From Anthoceros angustus (Eukaryota > Plantae > Anthocerotophyta), in the NCBI GenBank assembly GCA_010909165.1, contig MU008161.1, positions 310,001 to 374,000 of the forward strand: a DNA stretch of 64,000 nt. Reading direction: 5' to 3'. The notes under the pieces were generated by a model. It had not been told where the DNA came from and made no database searches. It saw only the letters and a list, made by a program, of their open reading frames with translations. Every line of letters begins with the position of its first letter. Position 1 is the stretch's first letter. The translations under genes were made by a program, and so were the position numbers. Positions 52,200-64,000 of the stretch are shown here, in pieces.

Positions 52200-52978
52200 C
52201 TCACGTCCGCTTACTGACTTTGACCCTTAGGTCTGATTCTTTTTCTTCTAACACACTCTGGCAGCTCGGAGTGCCTCATGATTGTGTTCCCAATAAGCAG
52301 GTCGTTGGTTTTTTCTTTGTACCCTGGCCTGGTGTTTACATGCGCATACACATGTGCAAAGGCCTGTGTCGGGTTTCCAGTCTGTTTCCGGTTACCTCTA
52401 GAAGAATTGACGGACTCCAGAAGGTTCCTTTGTGTTGGAACTGTGTACCATAGCAGTTGACAATTTTCCTCCTTGGGTCCTCCAACTCATTTGGAGTATT
52501 GTAATTATAAAAAAATATTTTTGGGGTCTCTATTTCAACATCAAGGAAGGCCTTATGTTACACCTTGAGTAGGTTTGTTATTGCTTACAAAACTTTCACA
52601 TTGTACCATATCTATTGCGTATTAGGTTATTATAATATTTGAAAATATTATAAGTTAGAGTTTCGCAGTCAATTAAAAGATTGATTTTTTTTAACCCATC
52701 AAAATTCATACTTGTATAAAAATAAGTCTATTGATGTAAGAACTAAAGTTACATATAAAATATACTACAAGAGGTAAAAAACTAAAGCCACATGTAGACG
52801 ACTATAATTAAATGAAGTACGGTAGTCTTTTTCGAAAGAACTTTCACGAGAGATTTAGATGCGCTTGGTAAAGAACATGCTCTTACCCCTTTGATTTCAA
52901 GTTGTTTGATTTGTTTGTGATGTTTTTTACTTCAATTGTATCAACTTTATGCACCTCTTCTCATATAATTACTAGGTA

Positions 52979-53066
52979 ATTACCAGGTAATTATATATAA
53001 AGTATATATAATTACATATAAAGTATATATAATTACATATAAAGTATATATAATTACATATAAAGT
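52979..53066. repeat. 21-bp AT-rich tandem repeat (TAATTACATATAAAGTATATA), ~4 copies
   Basis: Read directly. Confidence 0.9.
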
Positions 53067-54299
53067 AATACTTGGTTAAATAAATCGGATAGAATTATGT
53101 AAAGGAAACCAGTACTCGACTTTGTTTAGTGGCACTACCAAGCATTACATCAGACCCAGAAATAGGCTGAAATCTTTAACTAAAAACTCAAACTTAATAC
53201 ATAAGTTCTGTTTTAATTTCCTTCTAAAATAACTCACTAACTTCAAACCTCCCAAAATCATATGTTCAAAAACAGCCAAGAAAACTTAGAAATTCAATGC
53301 TTCCAAAATACCTTGATTAGATGTATCTCATAAACATGTGTGAAAAGATGGTTCATGAAACTTTAAAAGATAAATGAGTTCTACGATATATTTAGCTTGT
53401 CCTAGAAACGTTAGAAATAGATAGCCTAAGAAACATGATTTAGACACACACATCTCAAAAAACCATGCTAAATGATTTACAAAACTTGAGTTATGGCAAC
53501 AAGGACCTAGAATAACATGACAATATAAACCAAGATCCTAATAACAGATAGCACAAAGCTTTATAGTACGACCAAAGATCAACCTAAATGTTTAGACCAA
53601 AGAGTACACAAGTTTTCCAAATATTTGTGAAAATGATACAACTTACCTTTTGTCATCACAGAATAAGAACTTATACGAGATAAGGTAATGCCACTATGAC
53701 CGTGGAACATGCTTCAACAATTACTATTTTTAAATGTTTGGAGAATTACATAAAAAATACTCAACTTGAATGAGTATCAAAAGCTCTCCCTAGAGTTATA
53801 TTAATTGTCAGATCATCTAGGAGAAAATTCTACATAGTATTTTCCGCCCCCCACATGGGTCGTATTGTTTCCGTTTGAGAGAGATTTTTTACGATTTCTC
53901 CTTTGCTTTCGACTTCCAATGTTGTCTTCTTAGGAGAGTGATGGAGGTAGTGATGACTGAGCTGTTGAGAAGTATGTGTAATCTTGTTTTGATAGCGAAG
54001 GAGCTAGAGATAAGTCGGTGGTCCATAAATTGAATTCTCAATAATATCCATTCAATTGAGTTCACACCGAGAATTTAGCCCTAGCCAATCAATCTTTGTA
54101 TTTTTGCCAAGTGTTTGTCTTTCATATTGCCAATGATCTGCATGAATCCTTGGGAGGAGACTGATGAGGAGGAAGTACACTTTCCCCATTGCAAATTCCT
54201 TGGCAATCAAACTCTTTCAATTCGTACGAGGAAACAGTGGATTTCCAAGTTTCTCACTTATCCACCTCCTCGTCGAGGATTGCTAGAAAAATGTGTGCG

Positions 54300-54560
54300 T
54301 AAGTATGGTACCAAGTATGGTTGCGGGAACCAAGTACCGGTGGTACTAAGTATGGTGTAAAGACTTGCAGAGGATGAACAACGCGGCACACATAGACTGG
54401 TTGCCGGGAACTAAGTACCGATGGTACCAAACATGATTGTGGAGACTTGCAGAGGATGGTACCAAGCATGGTTGCAAAAATCAAGTACAGATGGTACCCA
54501 GAATAGATGCAGAGACTTGCTGAGGATGGACAACGTGGCGCATCGTACCGGTTACAGTTG
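54300..54560. repeat. Degenerate tandem units containing CAAGTACCGATGGTACC / AGACTTGCAGAGGATG
   Basis: Three to four diverged repeats of these motifs. Confidence 0.6.
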
Positions 54561-56096
54561 CATAGATTTTTATCGTGGAGGGTGAGAAACAAATTAGTAT
54601 GAGAAGCATCCATAACTGTACAAAAAATACATACCTTGAGGAACTCAATAATCGTGAATAATCTATAGAAGCTTATATGAATGTTGAATAATTCTACATT
54701 GAGAGAGTCCTTGAGTCGACACCTACACCAGTCTTACATACTTGACATAGTTCTGAATAAGCATGTACTTGATCCAACAGTACCAGCTAGAACAGTATTA
54801 AACCCGTCCGATCGCTTTCCCTTTCTCGCCATAGCAAAAGGGAGCAATAGTTGGTCACCTTGAAATGAGCGGTGAGCGGCGGACATCTGGCACGGGATAC
54901 GCCACGTAGTCAGAGGCGGGAAAGCGAGGATCAGCTGCCATCTCCGAACCGAGCAGAGCCAAAGCTGCGGTTGGGCACCGGAGCGATATCTGCAGGCACG
55001 CGCAAGCGGGCAGACGCGCAAGCGTGCTGGCACCTGGAAGAACACTTGCCAGTGAGAAATAGACCCCGAGCCTGACATGCCTGTGGAGGTAGGTACATAG
55101 ACCGTCCTCGATATTCCAGCATCATTCACCTTGTTATTATTATTCCAATCCCGATGCGATGCGATGCTGCCGCTCTCCCTCCTACAGTCCCTACTTGTCT
55201 AGACTATGTATAGGATTAGGAGTTCATATGTATCGATCTAATGCCTGTGCAGTGACGCAAGATATTTCCCCACCCTTTTCTCTGTCCAGGTGCGGATTTT
55301 GTAGCGCAGGAGGGAAGGAACGACACGGAAAGCCTGGGCTGCGGGCAGCAGCCTCGTGTGGCCTGCGCCCGGGCAGTGGCCTGCCGTTGGCCTAATAAAC
55401 AGTCGGTGTCCTTCTTCACGACGCCCTCGCCAACCATAATCTCCGCCAGTCCGGCCCGCTAATGGCGGTGGGTCGGATCCGGTAAGTAGAGAGATAGCAG
55501 GCAGGTCGGAAGGCTCGGGGCGGAGCCGAGAGAGCCGAGATCGCTGGCGCGAGGGAAGCCCAGGCGGTTCGGCAGCCTGGCCGGGGCCCGGACCTTGCCC
55601 ATATTCCACTTGCCGCGAGCACGCAGATTCCTCCAATTGCGCTGGCTCCCTCCTGTGACTGCGTCATCGCCTCCTCCTCCCCTTTTTTGCCCCTCCCTTT
55701 GCCCTGCCCGCCTGCGCTTCTCTTCGTGGGAAGGTTGTGGGTTTTGAAATTTTCCCCGGTGCCGGATTTGCTCCCGCGCTGCAGGTTCGCTCCCGCCCTG
55801 CCCGCTTGCCTTCTTCCTGCTCCCTGCGTGCAACGTTGCCCGGCTGCTGCTGCTCTGTTTTTGTGGGTGTTGAGTTGGGGTGCTGGTGCGGTGCGCAAGG
55901 GCAGGGTGTGTTTGTGGTGCTGACGGAATCTGTGGCTGGTGGGGGGGGCTGGTTTTGTGCAGATTCCGGAGTAAGCTGGACTAGGAATTCGCAGGTTGCG
56001 GGAGGGCGGTGCTGGGTGATCCGCACACCAATTTTTGGCGCGGGCATTGGCCTGCTTCTGCTGGTGTGCGGCACTAGAGGCAGCGGCGGCAGCATC

Positions 56097-59000
56097 ATGC
56101 AGGGGCTGCATGCCGCCGCCGCGCCTGCGGCAGCAGCGCCGGTCGCTGGATTTTCACTCTCCAATGCGGGCACAGCTCGGCGGAATGGGGCGCGCTCGGC
56201 CGCCTCCTGCTCCATGCCTGTACGCTCGGCCTTCCCCTCGCTGCAGTGGGCGGCGGGGGTGAGTGACAGGGGGAGGCCTGGGAATTGGAGCCCCGCTGCG
56301 GAATCCGGGTTTGCCCATTCTGGGATCTTCAGGCGGGTGTCCATTTCGGGGCTCACTGCTGCTGGGAGAAAGCGGCTTCCTGGACGCCAGCAGGTTGGAT
56401 CAGGGCTTCAGGTCCGTGCGCAGGCCACTGCGGCTGCCGGGGCCAGTGGGGCTGCTGCTCCCACGGATAAGATTTTTGGAGTGCCCAGGACTACCCTGAA
56501 GAAAGTCATACCTCTGGGTCTCATGTTCTTCTGCATTCTGTTTAATTACACTATTCTGAGAGATACCAAGGATGTGCTGGTGGTCACAGCCAAGGGAAGC
56601 AGTGCTGAGATTATCCCCTTTCTGAAGACCTGGGTGAATCTTCCCATGGCTATTGGCTTTATGCTCATTTACACCAAGCTCTCTAATGTGCTGTCCAAGG
56701 AGGCGCTTTTCTACTCGTGCATCCTTCCTTTCATAGGGTTTTTTGGTGCTTTTGCCTTCGTGTTGTATCCTCTTCGGGATGTGTTGCATCCCACGGCACT
56801 GGCAGAGTCGTTGCTTCTATCGTGGGGAGACAGGTTCATGGGACCGCTTGCTATTTTCCGCATCTGGTCCTTTTGTCTCTTCTATGTGATGGCCGAGCTC
56901 TGGGGCAGTGTTGTGGTATCCGTTCTCTTCTGGGGGTTTGCAAACCAGGTATATTTGAAACCAAGCTTTTTTCTGTGTCACAGTAGCTCAGCATTGCCTG
57001 CTCTGGCTCCTTGTCACCATCGGTTGATAGTGTTGGATGTCCTTTTTCCAGCCTTGAATTTATAGCTAATGCCTCCCCTGTTTTTTTCTGAAATGACTCG
57101 TCACAGATCACAACCGTGGATGAAGCTAAACAGTTTTATCCGCTCTTTGGACTTGGAGCAAATGTTGCACTTATATTTTCAGGCAAGACTGTGAAGTACT
57201 TCTCGCAGCTGCGAGGGAAGTTGCCCCCCGGTGTGGATGGCTGGGAGTACTCCTTGAAAGGAATGATGTCATTGGTGGTGATTCTGGGTTTTGCGATTTG
57301 TGGTATCTATTGGTGGGTCAACAAATTTGTCCTGAATGACCCCAGTCTTCCTAAAGCGGAGAAGAGGAAGAAGGTATGATACTGATGACATTTGTGATCT
57401 GCGCCAACGATTTGCAATTATGTCTCGATTTTGTCAGCTTTCCTGTGATGCGGGGACCAGGGTTTTTGAGATTTGTCTTTATTGTTCGTTGTCTGTAGAA
57501 GGAAAAGCCAAAGCTGGGCATGGTCGAAAGTGCAAAGTTTCTTTTGAAGTCCACCTATGTGAGGGACCTTGCTACACTTGTTGTGGCTTATGGTATAAGT
57601 ATCAATCTTGTGGAGGTTACCTGGAAGTCAAAGTTGAAGGCACAGGTATGTTTTCATTGTGCTGACGGTCTTGGTCCCAAAGATCCCGAAAATGATTATA
57701 CATATAACTCTTTTGGTGCATGTCCTCTTGCAGTTTCCCAACCCAAATGAGTACTCTTCTTTTATGGGAGACTTCTCAACTTACACTGGTGTTGCTACAT
57801 TCAGTATGATGCTTTTGAGTCGTGTCATCTTCCGGAAGTTTGGATGGGGTGTGGCAGCTGCCATTACACCGACGGTTCTGTTGGTCACTGGGGTGGCATT
57901 CTTTGCCCTGGTGCTTTTCAGTGGGCCCTTGACTCCAGCACTTGCTGGCCTTGGGCTTACTCCCTTGCTAGCTGCTGTCTACATCGGAGCCCTGCAGAAT
58001 ATATTCAGCAAGAGTGCCAAATATAGTCTGTTCGATCCATGCAAGGAAATGGCTTACATTCCTCTAGATGAGGATACCAAGGTAATAGCTCGATGACACC
58101 CCTGAGCTTAATGTTAATGTTTGCTCCTTCCCGCTTTTCTGCTGACTAACAAGGGGTGACGTGCTCTATCAACTTCTTGTTTTGCAGGTGAAAGGAAAGG
58201 CTGCAATTGATGTCGTTTGCAATCCCCTTGGCAAGTCTGGTGGTGCACTCATTCAGCAATTCTTGATCCTGGGTTTCGGATCTCTGGCTAACTCCACTCC
58301 GTATTTGGGAGCAATTCTCCTTGTTATTGTTCTAGCTTGGCTGTATGCTGCCCGCTCATTGGACAGACAGTTTACACCTCTTGTTCAAGAAGATTTGAAA
58401 GGCAAATTGCTGGAAGGCAAACTATCCACAATCTCATCTAGGCTACTGGGCAAGTCAGATTTTCCGAAGAAGGAGGTGAGATGACCTTCCATGGGGGTGC
58501 GGGGCCTGCAGGGTGGGCATGCTTGGCCGCCTTCTCTGTCCTCTGTCCTCTTCGGTAACTAGGTAACTAGGTAACTAGGTCTCATGTATGTCTCTAGACA
58601 AGAAACTGGTGAGGTACGGTGGTTTAACAGCCATGCCTGGTCCTTTGTCATGCGGGTCCTTGCTTAGGCCTTGGTTAGGTGCAGGCACCTCGTTTTTGAT
58701 GAAGCGGGTAAGTGTCATCTGGGCTTGGTCTTTCTGCAGTATGATGCTGAGTTTGTTGCAGCTGCTTTAATTCCTGGTTCGTCAGTTTTGTTATACCTGT
58801 TTGGCCAGGACTGGTGACAAAACATGTGCTCACAGTGTCTAGGGATGTCTTACAGAGGTTTTGTCACTAATCAAAACCTTCTGGGTGCAGGTGGCATACC
58901 GTTTTGTGAGTGTTCTGAATGAACAAGGTTTCATTGAGGGACGGTATGTTGCTGTTGTAGACGGGCAGATAGCTCCTAAACCTGCCCCTACTGTTGTGCC

Positions 59001-59136
59001 CCAAGCTGTCCCGACTGCATCGCCTAAGGCAGAGCAGAGTTTGGGCTCCAGCAACGGAGATGGGTCTGTTCGGGAGCAGACGGGACAGGAGGGAGACGCG
59101 GACAAGGGACCTGTGGTGCAGGCCCCATTGAAGTGA
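56097..59136 (+). CDS. NTT1: Plastid ATP/ADP transporter (NTT/AATP), 5-6 exons
   Basis: Exons 56097-56948, 57107-57373, 57499-57645, 57734-58081, 58188-58475 and probably 58891-59136. Motifs FNYTILRDTKD, PFLKTWVNLP, MAELWGSVV, FWGFANQIT, NLVEVTWKS, KYSLFDPCKEMAYIPLD, GKSGGALIQQ. Ala/Ser/Arg-rich transit peptide. Confidence 0.96.
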
Positions 59137-59875
59137 TTTATGGTATTTATGGAACGCTGACAGCTGTGGGGGATGTCTGCACTCCTGTAGTGAGTGTTAA
59201 CGAGAAGTTTCCCCCTTTCACCAGCCGCCTGTGTTCCCGGCGGGAGTGGAAGATTTGGTTCAAGCAAGGTGGATACTTGACCTTACGTCTGTTGTAGGAT
59301 CACCACGGTGAGTAGCTTCGGGTACTATGGTAGACATCTGCCAGTTGTACAGGCCAAATTTTTGCAGCAATAGATCACACCAGCTGGTGCTATTGAGTAA
59401 GGGGCTGCCTTAAGGAACCGGGGTGCCATGTGCGTAAACTGGACCTGCTGAGAACACCTTTGTTTGAACTGGTTGCACCCAGCTCTGTGATGACAACCTG
59501 TACCACAGCGCCTGTGCTAGATCTCTCGTTTGACGACTTCTAAATGCAGGTGTAGTCGCACGTTGCGAGGACTACCAGGCTGAGAAATGTAGGCAGTCTA
59601 CTTTTGTATTAAGAATTAGCCACCTTGTTGCCTGTCCCCTTCATTCTTTCAAAATCAGCTCGTGTTCTTGGTGGGCCGACAGATCCTCTCCTTGTTTTTG
59701 TTGGGCGTAGAGGTAGTCGTGTCTGGTCTTGACGTCCCTTCCTATTCGCTTCCGACTTTGACCCGTCTCTTGATTGCTGCCTGGGAAACTGTTGTTTCAC
59801 CTTTTGCTGCTCCCTTGGCCCATTCGTTTAGTAGAAACGCCAGGCATACGAGTGTTCTGCAGTAACACAGATGAA

Positions 59876-62067
59876 ATGTTGGTTCCTTTTGCACGCATTG
59901 TGACCGCAACTTGCTCAGCGACCATGGCGGTCACCAATAGGGCGCGTTCATCGACATCTGCAGGGGCGGGAAGGGGAGAAGGTGATGCTTCTCCTACTAA
60001 GCAGGATGACCCTGTGAAGAGTGTCTCTAAGGCTAGACATGCTAGGGAAGATGCCCGTGCTAAGGAAGGCGAGCACCGGGAACGAGAGATCACCCTGCTC
60101 AAGGGAATCTGGCTGGCATCGATGTTTTTCTGCTTTGCGTTGGTCAAGGACTTGGCAGCGAATGCACGGCCGATGCTAACCGCCGACGGGGACGAACGCA
60201 GCATTGCGAATTTGAAGACATGGGTGACTTTGCCAGCGACTGTTGCGTCCTTGATCTTCTACTTGGAACTCTCCACTTTCGTATCCAAGAAGGCCCTTTT
60301 CTACAGCTGCATCATCCTCTTCCTGGGTTTGTTTATTGCTTCTGAATTTGTTTCTTTTCCGCGACAAGGAAGGTCCACAAGTTGGGCTGAGCCACCGATC
60401 TTCCTTCAAAATCTAGGCGTTCAACTGATTGGACGGCCTCTCGAATTTGTCCATATCTGGGCCACTTATCACCATGTTGTGCTTGATCTATGGGGCAGTG
60501 CAGTGGTGCCTGTCTTCTTCTGGGGCTTGGCTAATAAGGTACTCGGTCTAGACCATCTGCAATCTGTTGGCAGCATGTGGTGTGATTAAGAGCTGCTTCC
60601 AAGATTGCTCTCTCATGCTGTGCCTTGTGCTGAAACATTAAAGTTTGGTTGTGTGCTGTTTGAGAAGTTTGGGATATCGAACATGATGGACTAACTACAG
60701 TTGATACCTTCTTTGACATGGTAGGACATCCAAGGATGCATGTTCCTGGATGTGAGGGTGTCTGACGTGACATCGCTGTGCATGCTTCCTGACGTCCAGG
60801 GTTCGTCAAGGTGCATAGTTGACTGTTTGCAATTGGCTGCGTCCTCTCGGCACAGGCTGTAAGCATGGACGAGGCCAAACTGATATATCCATGGTTGGGA
60901 CATGTTTCGCATGGCGCCCACATCTTCTCAGGCCGGCTTGAGAAATACTTTGCGCAACTCCATCAATCTGAAGTTTATGCGTGGGTATCTCCAGTGAGAG
61001 CACATATGTATGTCATCGTTCTCCTGGGCATTGCGATCTGTGGGATTTATGGGCTTCTCATGGGCTCGGCGCTGGTGGATCACGGCCGTCACAAGGCAGA
61101 AACGACGCAACAGGTCCGCCAGCATCTAAAGCAAGTGGAGGTTTTCATTCCGCGCCTTTGTTCTGCTGTGTGCAGTGAACCTGTCAGAAAACGCTGAATT
61201 CCAGCCTGTTCTTGTTCTGTGCTTAGAACGAGGATACAAAGCAGAAGCAGCTGTACGTTCGAGACTTCACCATCCTAGTGCTGGCAAATGTGGCAGTGTA
61301 CAGCGTGGTGGAGCAAAGGTGGCGGTCCAAGGAGGTAAGTCACTGCAGGCCAATGTGGAACGGACTAACAGTCACACAAAAGCCATGAGTACTGGTAACA
61401 TCAAGCTGCACATGATGCCATGCAGCTTCAAGAGTCGCAAACGCTCATGGTATCTAAAGCCACCGGAGGAGCAGCAAAATTTGGCACGGCCCTGTTCAGC
61501 GTCTTCGTGTTGCGACATTCCGGCTGGGGAGTGGCTTCCGCCATCACCCCGACTCTGCTGCTGGGATGGCTGCTTGCACTCCTGGCATGGGGAGGGGCTT
61601 CACCATACGTGGACGCTGTGGGGCACATCATCTGCACCAACGCGCTCTACACCTTGGCCTATCCCTGTAAACAAATGGCTTACATCCCACTGGATGAGCA
61701 TTCCAAGGCAAGCCACAGTAGCGCACCAGTCTTTAGTGTGCAGCATCCCTGGTGCTGGCCTGAAAATGTTGTCCTCACTGTGTGTGCCTGCATCCCGCAG
61801 GCAAGGTTCAAGGCCATGGTGGACGTGGTGGGGAGCAAATACGGTGGAGTCCTTCTGCACCAACTGTTGCTACGGAAGTTCGGTCCCCAGCTGGCTGGAT
61901 CCTCTCCGTATGTGGAGGCCATCCTGGTTGTCAGTGCGGGGGCTTGGCTCACCTCTGCTGCGTCTCTCAACAGGCGGATGCACCATACCACACCTCCCCT
62001 TCCCTCGTCCTCCTCCTCCTCCCCCTCAGCCTCTCTGGAGCCCAATGTCAAAAACAAATCGGAGTAA
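59876..62067 (+). CDS. Highly divergent NTT-like transporter paralogue, 5 exons, ~525 aa
   Basis: Exons 59876-60538, 60856-61113, 61227-61334, 61426-61707 (GC donor gcaagc) and 61801-62067, all phase 0 and stop-free. Motifs NLKTWVTLP, KKALFYSCI, DLWGSAVVPVFFWGLANK, DEAKLIYP, GWGVASAITPT, PCKQMAYIPLDEHSK. Confidence 0.85.
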
Positions 62068-64000
62068 AGACGGTTACTGTTTCCTGATTCTCCCATCTGG
62101 CGTACGCATCCATCTACATCGTACAGACCACAGACCCTCATGTCCAGACCCTTAAGAGGCTTGGGGTGTCAGTCCATCCTTGGCTCTGAACAGGCAAGTG
62201 GATACCGTATCAAGCGTGAGCATGTGTGGGCAACAGTCTGTCAGGTATTCACGTGAAAAGATGCACGCATCGCTCACCTCAGGGCCTCAAAGGGACGGTG
62301 AGCACTTCGCCGACACCGAGGAGCTGCACGGAGCGAAGGCTTGGCACAGTGGAGGCCACACACTGCAAGCTGATAGACATATCTATCCTACTATCTGCGT
62401 ATCTCCACCATTCCTGAGAACAGGAGCAACAGCCCAAGCTACAAATTCATATTTCATATGCCGCTTCACGCCCTCGGCCAGGAGCCCAACTCCAAGGAGG
62501 AGGAAGTGATGAGAAGATGGTGGTGGGCATTCGGATCAGCTGACGCATCGTTGCCCCTTTCCCGGTGGTGGCCAGCCCGAGCCCACTACCCGCCTGCCGG
62601 CAGATACCGTTACGGTTAAACAGACATGATGCGAGAGCCGGAAGCAGCACAAACCGAAGTAGTTGGCACTCGGACAGGTGTTGTTGGGTGCTGGGTCATG
62701 GATGCCGCCATGAGGGCCCGGCACATGGAGACAGGAGGTGCGTTGGAAGTTGGAATTCGGCACTATGCAATCGGCCATGGTGGGCACTGGGTGCTAGTAC
62801 AAGAAGCAACATATGTACAACCAAACAGTGGTGGTGGCTACTGTTGGCGTACATTCTATCTACCTGTGATGCGAGCAACGCAAGCTGCCAGACTACGGGC
62901 GGACGGCGGGTTGCACTTTCTATTCGGAGCTGGCTGCGCAGGAACGACGTCATCTAGGGTAAGTTGGCGTGTTCACACGCTCGCAAGGCAGCGCCATGGG
63001 CCATGGCCGTGCAGTGGAGTGGCGATGTGGGGTCGTGTCATGCAACCAGGAGCCGGCGCCGGTCGGACACTGGACGTCTCCACTCTTGTTGGAAGCTGGA
63101 GGAAAGAAAAAGAAGGGGAAGAAGGAAAAATCCATCCCGTCCCGTCCCGTCCCGTCCCTTCCCCTCCCGGCGGCAGCGGCAGGCGCCCCCCTTGACGCAG
63201 GACCAACTGGGGGGCGTGCAATGTGCATCAGACATGGAAAGCTTCCCAAGTTCGTGCTCTCCGACGGGCTTCCGACACCGGGGCCCGGCCTGGCCCGGCG
63301 CCTCCTGCACTTGGGAGCAGGCTAGTCCGGGACCCGGGGCCCGGTCTGGAGCGCGCGTGCGATCCCGGGGCCCCACGCCGGGCCCCCTCCACCCGCTTTT
63401 GCCCTCCCTTCTCGCTCTCTGCTCGATTCCCGATCCCTCCGCTCCCTCAATTCCTCCCCAACTGGGGGCGGAAACTTGGAAGCACTCCCGGGCTGCTTGC
63501 TGCTGCTGCTGCTGCTGCGACAGGAGGTGCCAGCCCACAGAATACGCACATCGGTCACATCCCTTGATTTCACATGGCTCCGGGCCTGGGCCGTGCTTGC
63601 TCCACGTATTCCTGCTCGCTACAGTTTGCGTGAATGGAGTAGGCCACACCTTGTTTTTCTCACCGTTCTGGCTCCAGAAGTAGTTTATATTTTATGACAC
63701 CTCCGCCTCCCTCCTCCCCTAGATATCCGACAACTCCTCCTCCTCGTCATGCAGCAATCCAATCTTTGAACCACATCTAGAGTGGTAGAGTGGTCTACAA
63801 TAGCTCCTTCCCCATCTCTTGCACTTGCTGCATCAAATCTCGATGTCGTGTTCCCATTCCAATCTTATTACCACCTTGATTTCCCCTTCATGCAACAATG
63901 CAACAGTCTATGAGATGAAGGCTCTACAGATCACACCAATCTTGACCTAGTCTACGTAAACCTAGACTAGTTTACAACAGCGCCTCACCTCCTCCTCCAG

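Noticed and set aside
55238-56356. Several 120-230-aa ORFs upstream of NTT1 (similar sets at 48.9-50.2 kb, 20.0-21.0 kb, 63.0-63.7 kb)
   Set aside because: GC-rich promoter, 5'-UTR and intron islands with low-complexity translations and few stop codons by composition.

Overview
Nuclear DNA of a compact, seed-free land-plant genome. Hornwort-like is my inference from short introns, GC-rich 5' regions and an intron-containing plastid MraY. Bases 1-15.4 kb are a nested mobile-element block riddled with 1-bp indels, probably unpolished long-read consensus. In it, a CRE-clade non-LTR retrotransposon is split by an ~8.2-kb TIR DNA transposon. That transposon carries a Sola-like DDD/E transposase (-) and, divergently, an intron-containing ParB + beta-class amino (N6-A/N4-C) DNA methyltransferase gene (+); this is the most striking object in the window. 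From 16 kb on the sequence is clean and gene-dense: a SANT-domain chromatin protein, QCR6 and SRP14 head-to-head, SAM synthetase, plastid MraY, 2-alkenal reductase, an aspartate kinase pseudogene, RPS4, a Sec14/CRAL-TRIO protein, plastid ATP/ADP transporter NTT, and a very divergent but apparently intact tandem NTT paralogue. These genes are interspersed with remnants of Plavaka, pogo-like and CRE elements and with minisatellites. All family assignments come from motifs recognised by eye; no database search was run.
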